From assembly GCF_003334305.1 (NCBI RefSeq), contig NZ_QOWS01000003.1: DNA of 64,000 bases. One strand, given 5' to 3'. Both the position numbers and the translations under genes were made by a program. Positions 1 to 10,806 of this stretch are shown here, in pieces. Below the pieces are notes generated by a model. That model worked only from the letters and a program-made list of their open reading frames with translations, did not search any database and had not been told where the DNA came from. Position 1 is the first letter of the stretch. The number at the start of each line of letters is the position of its first letter. This stretch comes from Escherichia coli. GTDB taxonomy: Bacteria; Pseudomonadota; Gammaproteobacteria; Enterobacterales; Enterobacteriaceae.

Positions 1-320
1 CGCGCATTATTGCTGTGCTGGAGCCGCGCTCGAATACCATGAAAATGGGGATCTGCAAAGACGATCTGGCACCTTCATTAGGTCGTGCCGATGAAGTCTT
101 CCTGCTGCAACCGGCGCATATTCCGTGGCAGGTGGCAGAAGTGGCAGAAGCCTGCGTTCAGCCTGCACACTGGAGTGGCGATGTGGATACGCTGGCAGAT
201 ATGGTGGTGAAAACCGCTCAGCCTGGCGACCATATTCTGGTGATGAGCAACGGCGGTTTTGGTGGGATCCATCAGAAACTGCTGGATGGTCTGGCGAAGA
301 AGGCGGAAGCTGCGCAGTAA
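1..320 (+). CDS. mpl: UDP-N-acetylmuramate:L-alanyl-gamma-D-glutamyl-meso-diaminopimelate ligase, C-terminal part (gene begins upstream of window)
   Basis: ORF running in from the window edge to the stop at 320; C-terminal sequence and position upstream of yjgA/pmbA match K-12 synteny as recalled. Confidence 0.75.
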   Translation, partial: RIIAVLEPRSNTMKMGICKDDLAPSLGRADEVFLLQPAHIPWQVAEVAEACVQPAHWSGDVDTLADMVVKTAQPGDHILVMSNGGFGGIHQKLLDGLAKKAEAAQ

Positions 321-343
321 TTCGGCTTCAGCCTGATATAGCA

Positions 344-446
344 TTGCCGGATAAGGCGTTTACGCCGCATCCGGCATTTGAGCATAGTGCCTGATGCGAC
401 GCTTGATGCGTCTTATCCGGCCTACAGGTGCACCGCATCCGGCAAA
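344..446. repeat. REP/BIME-type palindromic repeat cluster
   Basis: Copies of the GCCGGATAAGGCGTTTACGCCGCATCCGGCA / GCCTGATGCGACGC...CTTATCCGGCCTAC motif in the mpl-yjgA intergenic region. Confidence 0.6.
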
Positions 447-470
447 CCATACTCACATCAACAACGAAAA

Positions 471-1022
471 TTACCCTTCATTCTCCGCCAGTTCGCGCAG
501 ATACTGGAAAATCTGGCGTGCGGATTTCGGCGGCTTATTCCCTTCTTTCTCTTTCTTCGCGTTACGGATCAGAGTACGCAGTTGCTGACGATCGGCATCG
601 GGCCACAGATTCAATACTTCAGCGATGGCGTCATCACCTTGATCGATCAGACGATCGCGCAGGTTTTCCAGTTTATGGAACAGCACCACCTGCTGGTTGT
701 GACGGTTTTTCAGCTTATCCAGCGCCTGACGAATAGGCTCTACGTCGCGCTGGCGCAGCATCTTACCGATGAGCTGCAACTGGCGGCGGCGACCTTCCAT
801 CTTAATACGCTGGGCGAGCTCAATAGCCGCGCGCAGATCCGCATCTAACGGGATCTTATCCAGCGCGTTTTTCCCCAGATCAACAATTTCCGCGCCAAGG
901 CGTTTTAGCTCCTCGGCATCACGTTTAATTTCACTTTTACTGACCCAGATAATTTCATCGTCTTCGTCTTCGATGTCATCACCGGGAACGTCGTCGAGCC
1001 AGTCTTCGGGCTGCTTAGTCAT
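471..1022 (-). CDS. yjgA: DUF615 ribosome-associated protein YjgA (DarP)
   Basis: 183-aa ORF, acidic N-terminus, sequence recognised as YjgA; divergent from pmbA as in K-12. Confidence 0.9.
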
Positions 1023-1115
1023 CTCAGGCTCCTTAAAAAAAGAGGCTAATGTTACCAGTTAAGATGCGCACTGAAAAACGGTTCTCTGTTAGACTTCAGA
1101 GAAACTCTCTACATT

Positions 1116-2468
1116 ATGGCACTTGCAATGAAAGTAATCTCTCAAGTTGAAGCGCAGCGCAAGATTCTGGAAGAAGCAGTTTCCACTGCGCTGGAGTTGG
1201 CCTCAGGCAAATCGGACGGTGCGGAAGTTGCCGTCAGCAAGACCACCGGCATTAGCGTAAGCACGCGTTATGGTGAAGTGGAGAATGTTGAATTCAATAG
1301 CGATGGCGCGCTGGGGATCACTGTTTATCACCAGAACCGCAAAGGTAGCGCATCATCCACCGATTTAAGCCCGCAGGCCATTGCCCGCACCGTACAGGCG
1401 GCGCTGGATATTGCCCGTTATACCTCGCCAGATCCCTGTGCCGGCGTGGCAGACAAAGAGCTGCTGGCCTTTGACGCACCAGATCTCGACTTGTTCCACC
1501 CTGCGGAAGTTTCCCCGGATGAAGCCATTGAACTGGCGGCCCGCGCAGAACAGGCGGCATTGCAGGCGGACAAACGCATTACCAATACCGAAGGCGGCAG
1601 TTTTAACAGCCACTACGGTGTCAAAGTTTTTGGCAACAGCCACGGCATGTTGCAGGGTTACTGCTCTACGCGTCATTCACTCTCCAGCTGTGTAATTGCC
1701 GAAGAAAATGGCGATATGGAGCGTGATTACGCCTACACCATTGGTCGTGCGATGAGCGATCTGCAAACGCCAGAGTGGGTTGGGGCCGACTGTGCTCGCC
1801 GTACTTTATCGCGCCTGTCACCGCGTAAACTCTCCACCATGAAAGCGCCAGTCATTTTTGCCAATGAAGTGGCAACCGGGCTTTTTGGCCATCTGGTGGG
1901 GGCGATAGCGGGTGGCTCGGTTTACCGTAAATCTACCTTTCTGCTGGATTCGCTGGGTAAACAAATTCTGCCGGACTGGCTGACCATTGAAGAGCATCCG
2001 CATCTGCTGAAAGGGCTGGCGTCGACGCCATTCGACAGCGAAGGTGTGCGCACCGAGCGTCGCGATATTATTAAAGATGGCATCCTGACTCAGTGGCTGC
2101 TGACCAGCTACTCGGCGCGGAAACTGGGGCTGAAAAGCACCGGACATGCGGGCGGTATTCACAACTGGCGGATTGCCGGACAAGGGCTAAGCTTCGAACA
2201 AATGCTCAAAGAGATGGGCACCGGGCTGGTGGTGACGGAGCTGATGGGCCAGGGCGTGAGTGCCATTACCGGTGATTATTCCCGTGGTGCAGCGGGCTTC
2301 TGGGTAGAGAATGGCGAAATTCAGTATCCCGTTAGTGAAATCACCATCGCAGGTAATTTAAAAGATATGTGGCGCAATATTGTCACCGTCGGTAACGATA
2401 TTGAAACACGCAGTAATATACAGTGTGGTTCTGTGCTGTTGCCGGAGATGAAAATCGCCGGGCAGTAA
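1116..2468 (+). CDS. pmbA: Metalloprotease PmbA (TldE)
   Basis: 450-aa ORF with PmbA/TldD family sequence; expected length and context. Confidence 0.93.
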
Positions 2469-2647
2469 AAAACTGGCGCGACCTGCCGCGCTATAAACTA
2501 AAAAATTACACAAAATCATTCGCACTGCATCGAGACGGAAAGTGAATGAGGGCCGGGGAGCGTACTCGCAGTACGTGACCCGGGCGAATGAGCGTAGCCG
2601 TCGATGAGGCAGTGTGAAGGATGAAGTGTAAATAAAAAAGGAAGTGA

Positions 2648-3037
<390 letters not shown>

Positions 3038-3081
3038 TTCCTCATTTCCCTGTTGCCTGCACTCAGGTAACAGGGAACTTA

Positions 3082-3546
3082 TCATCGCAAATGATGCACC
3101 ACCTGATTGCTGCTGCCGCGCCAGATCAGGGAAGGGTCTTTTAAATCCTGCACAAATTTGCCGTCGACCAGTACGTTAATCAAATCAACAACCTGCATTT
3201 GCGCAGCGTTGAGTTCGTCGAGTTTATAGCCTGTCCACACCCAGATGTCTTTACCCGGACACTCGGCGCGGATGCGTTTTACCAGTTTCAGAATATCCGG
3301 CACGTTTTGCGGATGCAGCGGATCGCCGCCGGAGAGGGAAATCCCCTGGCGTTTGATACGAGTGTCATTCAGATCTTTAATGATCTTGTCTTCCATTGCT
3401 TTGGTAAATGGCTGACCAGAATTTACCCGCCATGTGCTTTTGTTATAGCAACCGGGGCATTCATGAACACACCCGGAGACAAACAGGGTGCAGCGAGTGC
3501 CGGGGCCGTTGACGATGTCGACAGGATAGTACTGATGATAATTCAT
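3082..3546 (-). CDS. nrdG: Anaerobic ribonucleotide reductase activating protein (radical SAM)
   Basis: 154-aa ORF with CxxxCxxC cluster motif (CVHECPGC); immediately downstream of nrdD. Confidence 0.93.
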   Translation of the reverse strand: MNYHQYYPVDIVNGPGTRCTLFVSGCVHECPGCYNKSTWRVNSGQPFTKAMEDKIIKDLNDTRIKRQGISLSGGDPLHPQNVPDILKLVKRIRAECPGKDIWVWTGYKLDELNAAQMQVVDLINVLVDGKFVQDLKDPSLIWRGSSNQVVHHLR

Positions 3547-3574
3547 TATTTCGCCTGGCTTATCAGTCCGCGTG

Positions 3575-3681
<107 letters not shown>

Positions 3682-3703
3682 TTTGCTTAGCGCAGAGTGA
3701 AGA

Positions 3704-5842
3704 TTAACCTATCTGCCCATTCCCCAAATGTTTAACGCGGCGCTTAACTTCTTCCTGCTTACCAGCGTTAAACGGACGTGCATCCGGGCTACCTAAATAT
3801 CCGCACACGCGGCGAGTCACCGACACACGGGAGGCGTCATGGTTACCACATTTCGGGCAAGTGAAGCCTTTGCTGGTGCACTCGAACTCACCGGTAAAGC
3901 CACACTCGTAGCACTCATCAATCGGTGTATTGGTGCCGTAATACGGTACATGCTGATAGCTGTAATCCCAGACATCTTCCAGCGCCTTCAGGTTGTGCTG
4001 AATGTTTGGATACTCGCCGTAGCAAATGAAACCACCGTTCGCTAGCGGCGGGTAAGGCGCTTCAAAGTCGATCTTGTCGTACGGGTTCACCTTCTTCTCC
4101 ACATCGAGGTGGAAACTGTTGGTGTAGTAACCTTTATCGGTCACGCCCGGCACCACGCCAAACTCAGCAGTATCGAGACGGCAGAAGCGGTCGCACAGGT
4201 TTTCACTCGGCGTGCTGTAGAGACTGAAACCATAACCCGTTTCTTCTTTCCACTGATCCACTGCCTGGCGCAGACGTTCAACAATGGCGATACCTTTCGC
4301 GCGAAGCTGCTCGTTGTCGTAAACATGCTCGCCGCCGAACAGCGCGTTAATGGTTTCGTGGATGCCGATGTAACCCAGCGAAATAGACGCACGACCGTTT
4401 TTGAAGATTTCAGAAACATCATCGTCAGCATTCAGACGTACGCCACAAGCACCTTCCATATAGAGGATCGGGGCGACGCGCGCTTTCACGCCTTCGAGAC
4501 GAGCGATACGGGTCATCAGTGCCTTACGTGCCAGCACCAGACGTTCATCCAGCAGCTTCCAGAAGGTGGCTTCATCGCCTTTTGCTTCCAGAGCAATACG
4601 CGGCAGGTTCAGGCTGATCACGCCGAGGTTGTTACGACCATCGTGGATCTGCTCGCCGTTTTCATTTTCCCACACGCCGAGGAAGCTGCGGCAGCCCATC
4701 GGGGTTTTAAACGAACCGGTGACTTTCACTACCTGATCGTAGTTCAGGATATCCGGATACATGCGCTTGCTTGCGCACTCCAGCGCCAGCTGTTTGATGT
4801 CGTAGTTCGGATCGCCTTTTTTATGGTTCAGGCCATCGCGAATCGCAAACACCAGTTTCGGGAACACCGCAGTTTTACGGTTTTTACCAAGGCCTGCGAT
4901 ACGGTTACGCAGGATAGATTCCTGAATCAGGCGCGATTCCCAGCTGGTGCCCAGACCAAAACCAAAGGTTACAAACGGCGTCTGACCGTTGGCGGTGTGC
5001 AGGGTGTTTACTTCGTACTCCAGCGACTGGAAGGCATCGTAGCACTCTTTGATGGTACGAGAGTTTGCGTAGCCTTCGGCGTCCGGGATGTTCCACTCTT
5101 CTGCGGTCTTGCGATGTTTGTTGTAGCTGGCGGTAACAAACGGCGCCAGCACTTCATCGATACGGTTAATGGTGGTGCCGCCATAAATATGGCTGGCGAC
5201 CTGAGCAATAATCTGCGCAGTTACCGCGGTTGCCGTAGAGATCGACTTCGGCGGTTCAATCTCGGCGTTCCCCATTTTAAAGCCCTGGGTCAGCATGCCT
5301 TTCAGGTCGATCAACATGCAGTTGAACATCGGGAAGAACGGCGAGTAATCGAGATCGTGATAGTGAATATCGCCACGCTCATGTGCCTGCACCACGTCAC
5401 GCGGCAGCAGGTGCTGGCGTGCATAGTGTTTAGCCACGATCCCGGCCAGCAGGTCGCGCTGGGTTGGAATCACCTTGCTGTCTTTGTTGGCGTTTTCGTT
5501 GAGTAACGAGGCGTTGGTCTGCTCGACCAGACCACGGATCTCCTGGTTCAGGCGACCGCGTTTTTCACGTTCAATGTCGCGATCGTGACGGTACTCGATG
5601 TAAGCACGAGCCAGTTGTTTGTATGGACCCGACATCAGCTGGTTTTCAACTGCGGTCTGGATCTCGTTGATATCCACCTGGTTGCGGCCCTGCATCTGCT
5701 CGCTGACAACCGCGGCAACAGTGGCGCAATAATCGGCATCATCGACTTCCGCTGCTTTAGCTGCACGCAGAATCGCTTCTTTGATGCGCTCTGATTTAAA
5801 CGGCACTTTGCAGCCGTCTCGTTTCATCACATGCGGTGTCAT
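3704..5842 (-). CDS. nrdD: Anaerobic ribonucleoside-triphosphate reductase (class III, glycyl radical)
   Basis: 712-aa ORF; C-terminal Cys-rich zinc motif and glycyl-radical region; sequence recognised. Confidence 0.95.
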   Translation of the reverse strand: MTPHVMKRDGCKVPFKSERIKEAILRAAKAAEVDDADYCATVAAVVSEQMQGRNQVDINEIQTAVENQLMSGPYKQLARAYIEYRHDRDIEREKRGRLNQEIRGLVEQTNASLLNENANKDSKVIPTQRDLLAGIVAKHYARQHLLPRDVVQAHERGDIHYHDLDYSPFFPMFNCMLIDLKGMLTQGFKMGNAEIEPPKSISTATAVTAQIIAQVASHIYGGTTINRIDEVLAPFVTASYNKHRKTAEEWNIPDAEGYANSRTIKECYDAFQSLEYEVNTLHTANGQTPFVTFGFGLGTSWESRLIQESILRNRIAGLGKNRKTAVFPKLVFAIRDGLNHKKGDPNYDIKQLALECASKRMYPDILNYDQVVKVTGSFKTPMGCRSFLGVWENENGEQIHDGRNNLGVISLNLPRIALEAKGDEATFWKLLDERLVLARKALMTRIARLEGVKARVAPILYMEGACGVRLNADDDVSEIFKNGRASISLGYIGIHETINALFGGEHVYDNEQLRAKGIAIVERLRQAVDQWKEETGYGFSLYSTPSENLCDRFCRLDTAEFGVVPGVTDKGYYTNSFHLDVEKKVNPYDKIDFEAPYPPLANGGFICYGEYPNIQHNLKALEDVWDYSYQHVPYYGTNTPIDECYECGFTGEFECTSKGFTCPKCGNHDASRVSVTRRVCGYLGSPDARPFNAGKQEEVKRRVKHLGNGQIG

Positions 5843-6077
5843 GATCGCTCCATATTTTTAAGAACAGGTTATCCACAGAAATTGGGAAAGGCGTTTTCCG
5901 GTTTTTTCGTTTCGTTTTCCGGTGCTTTCCGCAATCGCCATCCGCTTATCCACAACGCCGCACCTTTTTCGTGGGGAGCTGTAGTAGCAATTATAGTCGA
6001 TTAATACAACATATTGGGTTGGGACGCATTTTAAAGTCTATATATAGTGCTTTGCATCAAGGATGTTTGAACTTTTT

Positions 6078-6091
6078 TTGATGTAGCTCAA
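6078..6091. promoter_or_regulatory. Candidate FNR box (TTGATgtagCTCAA) upstream of nrdD
   Basis: 14-bp match to TTGAT-N4-ATCAA with one mismatch, about 235 bp upstream of the nrdD start; nrdDG is known to be FNR-activated. Confidence 0.3.
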
Positions 6092-6235
6092 AGTAAAAAG
6101 CAGAGCGTACGGATGACGGGCGCTACAGCGTTATGTAAATTTTTTAATGAATTTGCTGGTTGAAAAATCAACAAAAACAACATGCTGACAGACAAAACCC
6201 CGGAATGACAGGCATTCCCGGGGCTTAGCGGATAC

Positions 6236-7891
6236 TTACTTCTGTAACCACCAGACAGCCTCAAAAGGCCGTAAAGTCATGGCACAGGGTTGTGGTGAGG
6301 CTTCTTCGTAGTTATGCATCACAAGCTGCCAGTTGCCGCGCATTTGCCCTGGCTGCCAGGGTTGGATCTCACGGCTAAGGTTGGCAATGACCAGCAAGGT
6401 TTGCCCCTTCCATTCACGGCGATAGCACCACAATACAGGGCTGTTTGGCAGCAGATCCTGGTAATTGCCCCATGTCAGGATGGCTTCTTGCTTACGCAGT
6501 GCGATTAACTTTTGGTAGGTGTAAAACACCGAGGAGTCATCGGCCAGCGCGGCTTCTACGTTGATTTGTTGATAGTTATCGCCCAGGCCAATCCACGGTT
6601 CGCCAGCCGTAAACCCGGCATTATCGCCGTTGCTCCATTGCATGGGCGTGCGGCTGTTGTCACGGGATTTACTGGCGAGGATTGCCAATAACTCGTCGGC
6701 ATCACGACCATCGTTGCGCAGCTCGGCAAACATATTGAGGCTCTCCACGTCGCGATAGTCAGTAATGCGCGTGAAATGCGGGTTGGTCATGCCAATCTCT
6801 TCGCCCTGGTAGATATACGGCGTTCCCTGCATGCCATGCAGCACCATCGCCAGCATTTTTGCCGCAGGCACGCGGTATTCACCTTCATCACCAAAGCGAG
6901 AAATAATGCGCGGCTGATCGTGGTTACACCAGAACAAGGCATTCCATGCCACGTTGTGCATTCCTTGTTGCCAGTGGCGGAACAATGTTTTCAACGCCAC
7001 AAAGTCAGGTTTAGCCAGCGTCCATTTTTCACCACCGGGATAATCGACCTTCAGGTGATGAAAATTAAAGGTCATCGACAATTCACTGCCTGTCAGTGCC
7101 GCGTATCGCTGGCAATGCTCAAGGCTGGTGGAGGACATTTCACCTACGGTCATTAACCCGCGTGGCGTAAACACATCGCGGTTCATCTCGTGCAAAAACT
7201 CGTGTGCTCGTGGCCCGTCGGTGTAAAAGCGACGCCCGTCGCCATCCAGGTCTTCAGGGAAACGCGGGTCTTTGGAGATCAGATTCACCACATCCAGGCG
7301 CAACCCGTCGACCCCACGATCGGCCCAGAATTCACAGACTTTTTTCAGCTCTGCGCGTACCGCTGGATTCTCCCAGTTGAGATCCGCCTGTTCTGGTGCA
7401 AAGAGATGCAAATAGTACTGTTCGCTTTCCGCATGCCAGCGCCACGCACTACCGCCAAATTTTGAACGCCAGTTGTTCGGTGGCGTTTCTGGTTCGCCAT
7501 CGCGCCAGATATAAAACTGGCGGTAAGGGCTTTCTTTGTTCAGCGCCTCGCGAAACCAGGCATGTTGGGTAGAGGTATGGTTAAACACCATATCAAGAAT
7601 GATACGAATCCCGCGCGATTTTGCCTGCGTCACCAGTTCGTCAAAATCGTCCAGCGTGCCGTAGGTGGGATCAATCGCCGTATAGTTCGCTACGTCGTAA
7701 CCGTTATCGACCTGGGGAGAGATATAAAAGGGGGTTAGCCAGATGGCATCAACGCCCAGTTTATGCAGATAGTCCAGGCGTTGGATAACGCCACGTAAAT
7801 CGCCGGTGCCGCTACCCGTGGTGTCCTGAAAACTCTTTGGATAAATCTGGTAGATAACGCCGTTTTGCCACCAGTGGGGAAGATTAGTCAT
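6236..7891 (-). CDS. treC: Trehalose-6-phosphate hydrolase
   Basis: The listed ORF is 600 aa, but the recognised TreC begins at MTNLPHWWQNGVIYQ (ATG at 7891), giving 551 aa; GH13 family sequence. Confidence 0.9.
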   Translation of the reverse strand: MTNLPHWWQNGVIYQIYPKSFQDTTGSGTGDLRGVIQRLDYLHKLGVDAIWLTPFYISPQVDNGYDVANYTAIDPTYGTLDDFDELVTQAKSRGIRIILDMVFNHTSTQHAWFREALNKESPYRQFYIWRDGEPETPPNNWRSKFGGSAWRWHAESEQYYLHLFAPEQADLNWENPAVRAELKKVCEFWADRGVDGLRLDVVNLISKDPRFPEDLDGDGRRFYTDGPRAHEFLHEMNRDVFTPRGLMTVGEMSSTSLEHCQRYAALTGSELSMTFNFHHLKVDYPGGEKWTLAKPDFVALKTLFRHWQQGMHNVAWNALFWCNHDQPRIISRFGDEGEYRVPAAKMLAMVLHGMQGTPYIYQGEEIGMTNPHFTRITDYRDVESLNMFAELRNDGRDADELLAILASKSRDNSRTPMQWSNGDNAGFTAGEPWIGLGDNYQQINVEAALADDSSVFYTYQKLIALRKQEAILTWGNYQDLLPNSPVLWCYRREWKGQTLLVIANLSREIQPWQPGQMRGNWQLVMHNYEEASPQPCAMTLRPFEAVWWLQK

Positions 7892-7940
7892 TACGTTATT
7901 CCTGCAAATGCGAGGGGGCGCAATTGCGCCCCGAAGAAAA

Positions 7941-9362
7941 TTAAACAATATCCAGCGTGCCCAGGCGGTATTTCCGCTGATAGATAAACGAGGTGAGTAC
8001 AATCGGGATGATGATGGCGATAACCATTGCCAGCGCAAATACCTGCCAGTAGCTCGGTTGAATCGAGAGAATTCCCGGCAGGCCGCCTACGCCGATACCA
8101 TTCGCCATAACGCCGTTCAGGCCGCATAGTAATCCTGCCAGACCAGAACCAATCATCGCGCACAGCATCGGGAAGCGATATTTCAGGTTGATGCCGTACA
8201 TTGCAGGCTCAGTGACCCCAAGCCAGGCGGAGATAGCGGCAGGCACGGAGATCTCGCGTTCATTGTGCTTGCGGCTGGAAATGATAATGCCTATCACGGC
8301 GGAGCCCTGAGCGATATTCGACAGCGCAATCAGCGGCCACACTGGCGTGCCACCCATGCTTTGAATCATCTGCAAATCAATAGCAAGGGTGGTCTGGTGT
8401 ACGCCGGTGATCACCAGCGGCGCGTACAGGAAGCCAAACAATGCCGCACCAATCGGAGCAAAGCTGCCGGTCATCAGGTGACGTACCGCAAAGGCAACGC
8501 CATCGCCAATCATGCGACCAAACGGACCAATCAGCGCATGGGCGAGGAACACCGCGAGGATCAGCGAACAGACGGGCACCACCACCAGATAGAGGTAATC
8601 CGGTACGATGCGTTTAAGGCGAGTTTCAATAACGCCCAGCGCCAGCCCGGCTAACAGTGCCGGGATCACCTGCGCCTGATAGCCCACTTTGGCGATGCTG
8701 AACATGCCAAAGTCCCACACTTCCGGCAGCTGCTGCCCGAGCAGATAAGCGTTCATCAGCTGGGGGGAAACCAGTGTCACGCCAAGCACGATACCAAGGA
8801 TCGGCGTGCCGCCCATTTTTTTCACCGCTGACCAGCAAATCCCGACCGGCAGGTAGAAGAAGATCGCTTCACCGATCAACCACAGAAAATCGTAGATCGT
8901 TTGCAGGGAAGGGTACATTTGCGCCAGCGTTTGACCGTTGCTCATGGGCAAATCGCCGATCACATTACGAAAACCGAGGATCAAACCGCCGCTAATCAAC
9001 GCGGGCAGCAACGGGAAGAAGATCTCCGCGAAATGAGAGATCAACTGCTCATGCCATTTCATATTCTGCCGGGCGGCTTTTTTTACCTGCTCTTTATCAA
9101 CCTGCGCCTGTCCGGTTGACGCTATTAGTGCTTGATAGTAATCACCCACGTTGGTGCCAATCACCACCTGAAATTGCCCGGCATTGGTGAAACAGCCTTT
9201 CACCATGGGGAGTTGCTCAATTTCTTTCGGTCTGGCATTGGCCGGTTGGTTGAGGACAAAGCGCAGGCGAGTAATACAGTGGCTCACCGTCGCAATATTG
9301 CCGCGCCCGCCGACCAGTTCAATCAACCGATCGATATCCGTTTGGTTTATTTTGCTCATCAT
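7941..9362 (-). CDS. treB: PTS trehalose-specific EIIBC component
   Basis: 473-aa polytopic membrane ORF with EIIB Cys motif (ITRLRF) near the N-terminus; operon with treC. Confidence 0.93.
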   Translation of the reverse strand: MMSKINQTDIDRLIELVGGRGNIATVSHCITRLRFVLNQPANARPKEIEQLPMVKGCFTNAGQFQVVIGTNVGDYYQALIASTGQAQVDKEQVKKAARQNMKWHEQLISHFAEIFFPLLPALISGGLILGFRNVIGDLPMSNGQTLAQMYPSLQTIYDFLWLIGEAIFFYLPVGICWSAVKKMGGTPILGIVLGVTLVSPQLMNAYLLGQQLPEVWDFGMFSIAKVGYQAQVIPALLAGLALGVIETRLKRIVPDYLYLVVVPVCSLILAVFLAHALIGPFGRMIGDGVAFAVRHLMTGSFAPIGAALFGFLYAPLVITGVHQTTLAIDLQMIQSMGGTPVWPLIALSNIAQGSAVIGIIISSRKHNEREISVPAAISAWLGVTEPAMYGINLKYRFPMLCAMIGSGLAGLLCGLNGVMANGIGVGGLPGILSIQPSYWQVFALAMVIAIIIPIVLTSFIYQRKYRLGTLDIV

Positions 9363-9427
9363 AAAGCCCCATGGCAGATGACATTTTTGGTTGGCTGCAG
9401 AATATATTGCGCGGAAAAATTTAAAAA

Positions 9428-9441
9428 CGGGAACGTTCCCG
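9428..9441. promoter_or_regulatory. Perfect 14-bp palindrome CGGGAACGTTCCCG, candidate TreR (LacI-family) operator in the treB promoter region
   Basis: Palindrome seen directly in the treR-treB intergenic region; the assignment to TreR is inference. Confidence 0.35.
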
Positions 9442-9480
9442 AAACGCAGCGAAGATCACAATTTATCGTTCAGGAAACGA

Positions 9481-10428
9481 TCAGGACAGGGTGGCGGGGA
9501 TGATGATTTGTTGCGGTTCGCTGCGCCCGGTTACCTGTGCGATCAATTGGCAGGCCGCCTGGCGTCCAGCTTCGGCGTAGCCAGGATCTACGGTGACGAT
9601 CTCCGGATGAAGGAATTTCATTAACGGCGTATTACCGACGCTCGCCAGTTGCAAGGTGTCGATGCGTTGCTCTTGCAGGTATTTACTTGCGCCAAGAGCC
9701 AGAGTGTCGGTTGCGCACAGTAACGCGGTAGTTTCAGGCGTAATCACTTTTGCTACGTTTTCATAGCCTTGCTTCATAGCAAGCCCTGGCAGAGCGGCAA
9801 CGGGATGCAGTTTATGCGCTTTGCAGAACGCCAGGTAGGCTTCGTGACGTCGCTTCCCGGTCGTCACGTCACTATGCGGCACGCCGAGATAACTGATATT
9901 GCGATGCCCCTGGTCATAGAGCCGTTGCATCAGGATCTTGATTGCCCCTTCGTCGTCATAACAGACCGAAGCAAAGCCTTTTGCGTCACGCGCCAGCAGA
10001 ACCAGCGATGACTGCCAGTGGGCTAACATTTCTTCTGTTATGCCAGTAAAACCGAACAACACTACGCCGTCGATATTACGCCGTTTCAGCACCCCCAAAT
10101 GTTCGGCAACTAATTGCGGGGAAAACTGACTTTCCATCATGATTGGGTCGTAACCTTGTTCATAGAACGCTGGCAGCATGGTTTGAACAGCGAGATTTTC
10201 TGACAACGAATCCAGGCGGGTAACAATGATGGCGACCACTTTATCGCTTTGCCCACGCATAGCGCGCGCAGAGCGGGAAGGGGAAAATCCATGCTGATTC
10301 ATCACTGCTTCAACACGCTCGCGGGTGCGCTGGCTCACGCCGCTTTCGTTATTCAGCACCCGGGAAACCGTAGATTTCCCCACGCCGCTTAAGCGCGCGA
10401 TGTCTTTGATGGTCAGCCGATTTTGCAT
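9481..10428 (-). CDS. treR: Trehalose operon repressor (LacI family)
   Basis: 315-aa ORF with N-terminal HTH (TIKDIARLSGVGKSTVSRVLN) and periplasmic-binding-like fold. Confidence 0.93.
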   Translation of the reverse strand: MQNRLTIKDIARLSGVGKSTVSRVLNNESGVSQRTRERVEAVMNQHGFSPSRSARAMRGQSDKVVAIIVTRLDSLSENLAVQTMLPAFYEQGYDPIMMESQFSPQLVAEHLGVLKRRNIDGVVLFGFTGITEEMLAHWQSSLVLLARDAKGFASVCYDDEGAIKILMQRLYDQGHRNISYLGVPHSDVTTGKRRHEAYLAFCKAHKLHPVAALPGLAMKQGYENVAKVITPETTALLCATDTLALGASKYLQEQRIDTLQLASVGNTPLMKFLHPEIVTVDPGYAEAGRQAACQLIAQVTGRSEPQQIIIPATLS

Positions 10429-10559
10429 CCTGTTGTCCTGTAACGTGTTGTTTAATTATTTGAGCCTAACTTTACCCGTGCATTCAGCAATGGGTAAAGT
10501 CTGGTTTATCGTTGGTTTAGTTGCCAGCAGGTATTATATCGCCATAGATGCTACGAATA

Positions 10560-10806
10560 TTATTGGATTCTCCTTATTATTTGCGGCGCTTTTTTCACTT
10601 ACCGGAGGTTATATGGAACCTGATCCCACGCCTCTCCCTCGACGGAGATTAAAACTTTTCCGGTAAGCCCGTCTTTTCACGGCGTTACCGGATGCGTAAG
10701 GCCGTGACGTTTTAACGTCCCTGCTCAGCTTTATTACCTTCAGGTAAGGCTTCGCCACGCCTGAAGACATTTCTGTACTGTTTCAGACAGTGCGGAGGGA
10801 CTCCTT
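10560..10806 (+). promoter_or_regulatory. mgtA 5' leader region (approximate extent), containing the mgtL leader ORF
   Basis: Long untranslated region ahead of mgtA with an embedded proline-rich leader peptide; the sensing function is established knowledge, the boundaries are approximate. Confidence 0.45.
10613..10666 (+). CDS. mgtL: mgtA leader peptide MgtL ([17 protein letters not shown])
   Basis: 17-codon ORF with RBS (GGAGG) about 140 nt upstream of mgtA; sequence matches the known leader peptide. Confidence 0.8.

Noticed and set aside
3046-3076. Possible terminator hairpin between cybC and nrdG (CCCTGTT...AACAGGG)
   Set aside because: The inverted repeat is real, but neither side is followed by a convincing T-run, so it was not annotated as a terminator.
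4109-5506. 465-aa plus-strand ORF
   Set aside because: It lies entirely antisense to nrdD, whose minus-strand product is a well-recognised 712-aa enzyme; long stop-free antisense frames are common opposite real genes, and this one has no motif or context support.
6160-6171. Second FNR-like site TTGAAAAATCAA upstream of nrdD
   Set aside because: Half-site spacing is wrong for the TTGAT-N4-ATCAA consensus (12 bp instead of 14).
10325-10666. 113-aa plus-strand ORF upstream of mgtA
   Set aside because: Only the last 17 codons (10613..10666) correspond to the mgtL leader peptide; the upstream extension overlaps the treR start region and has no RBS or coding support.
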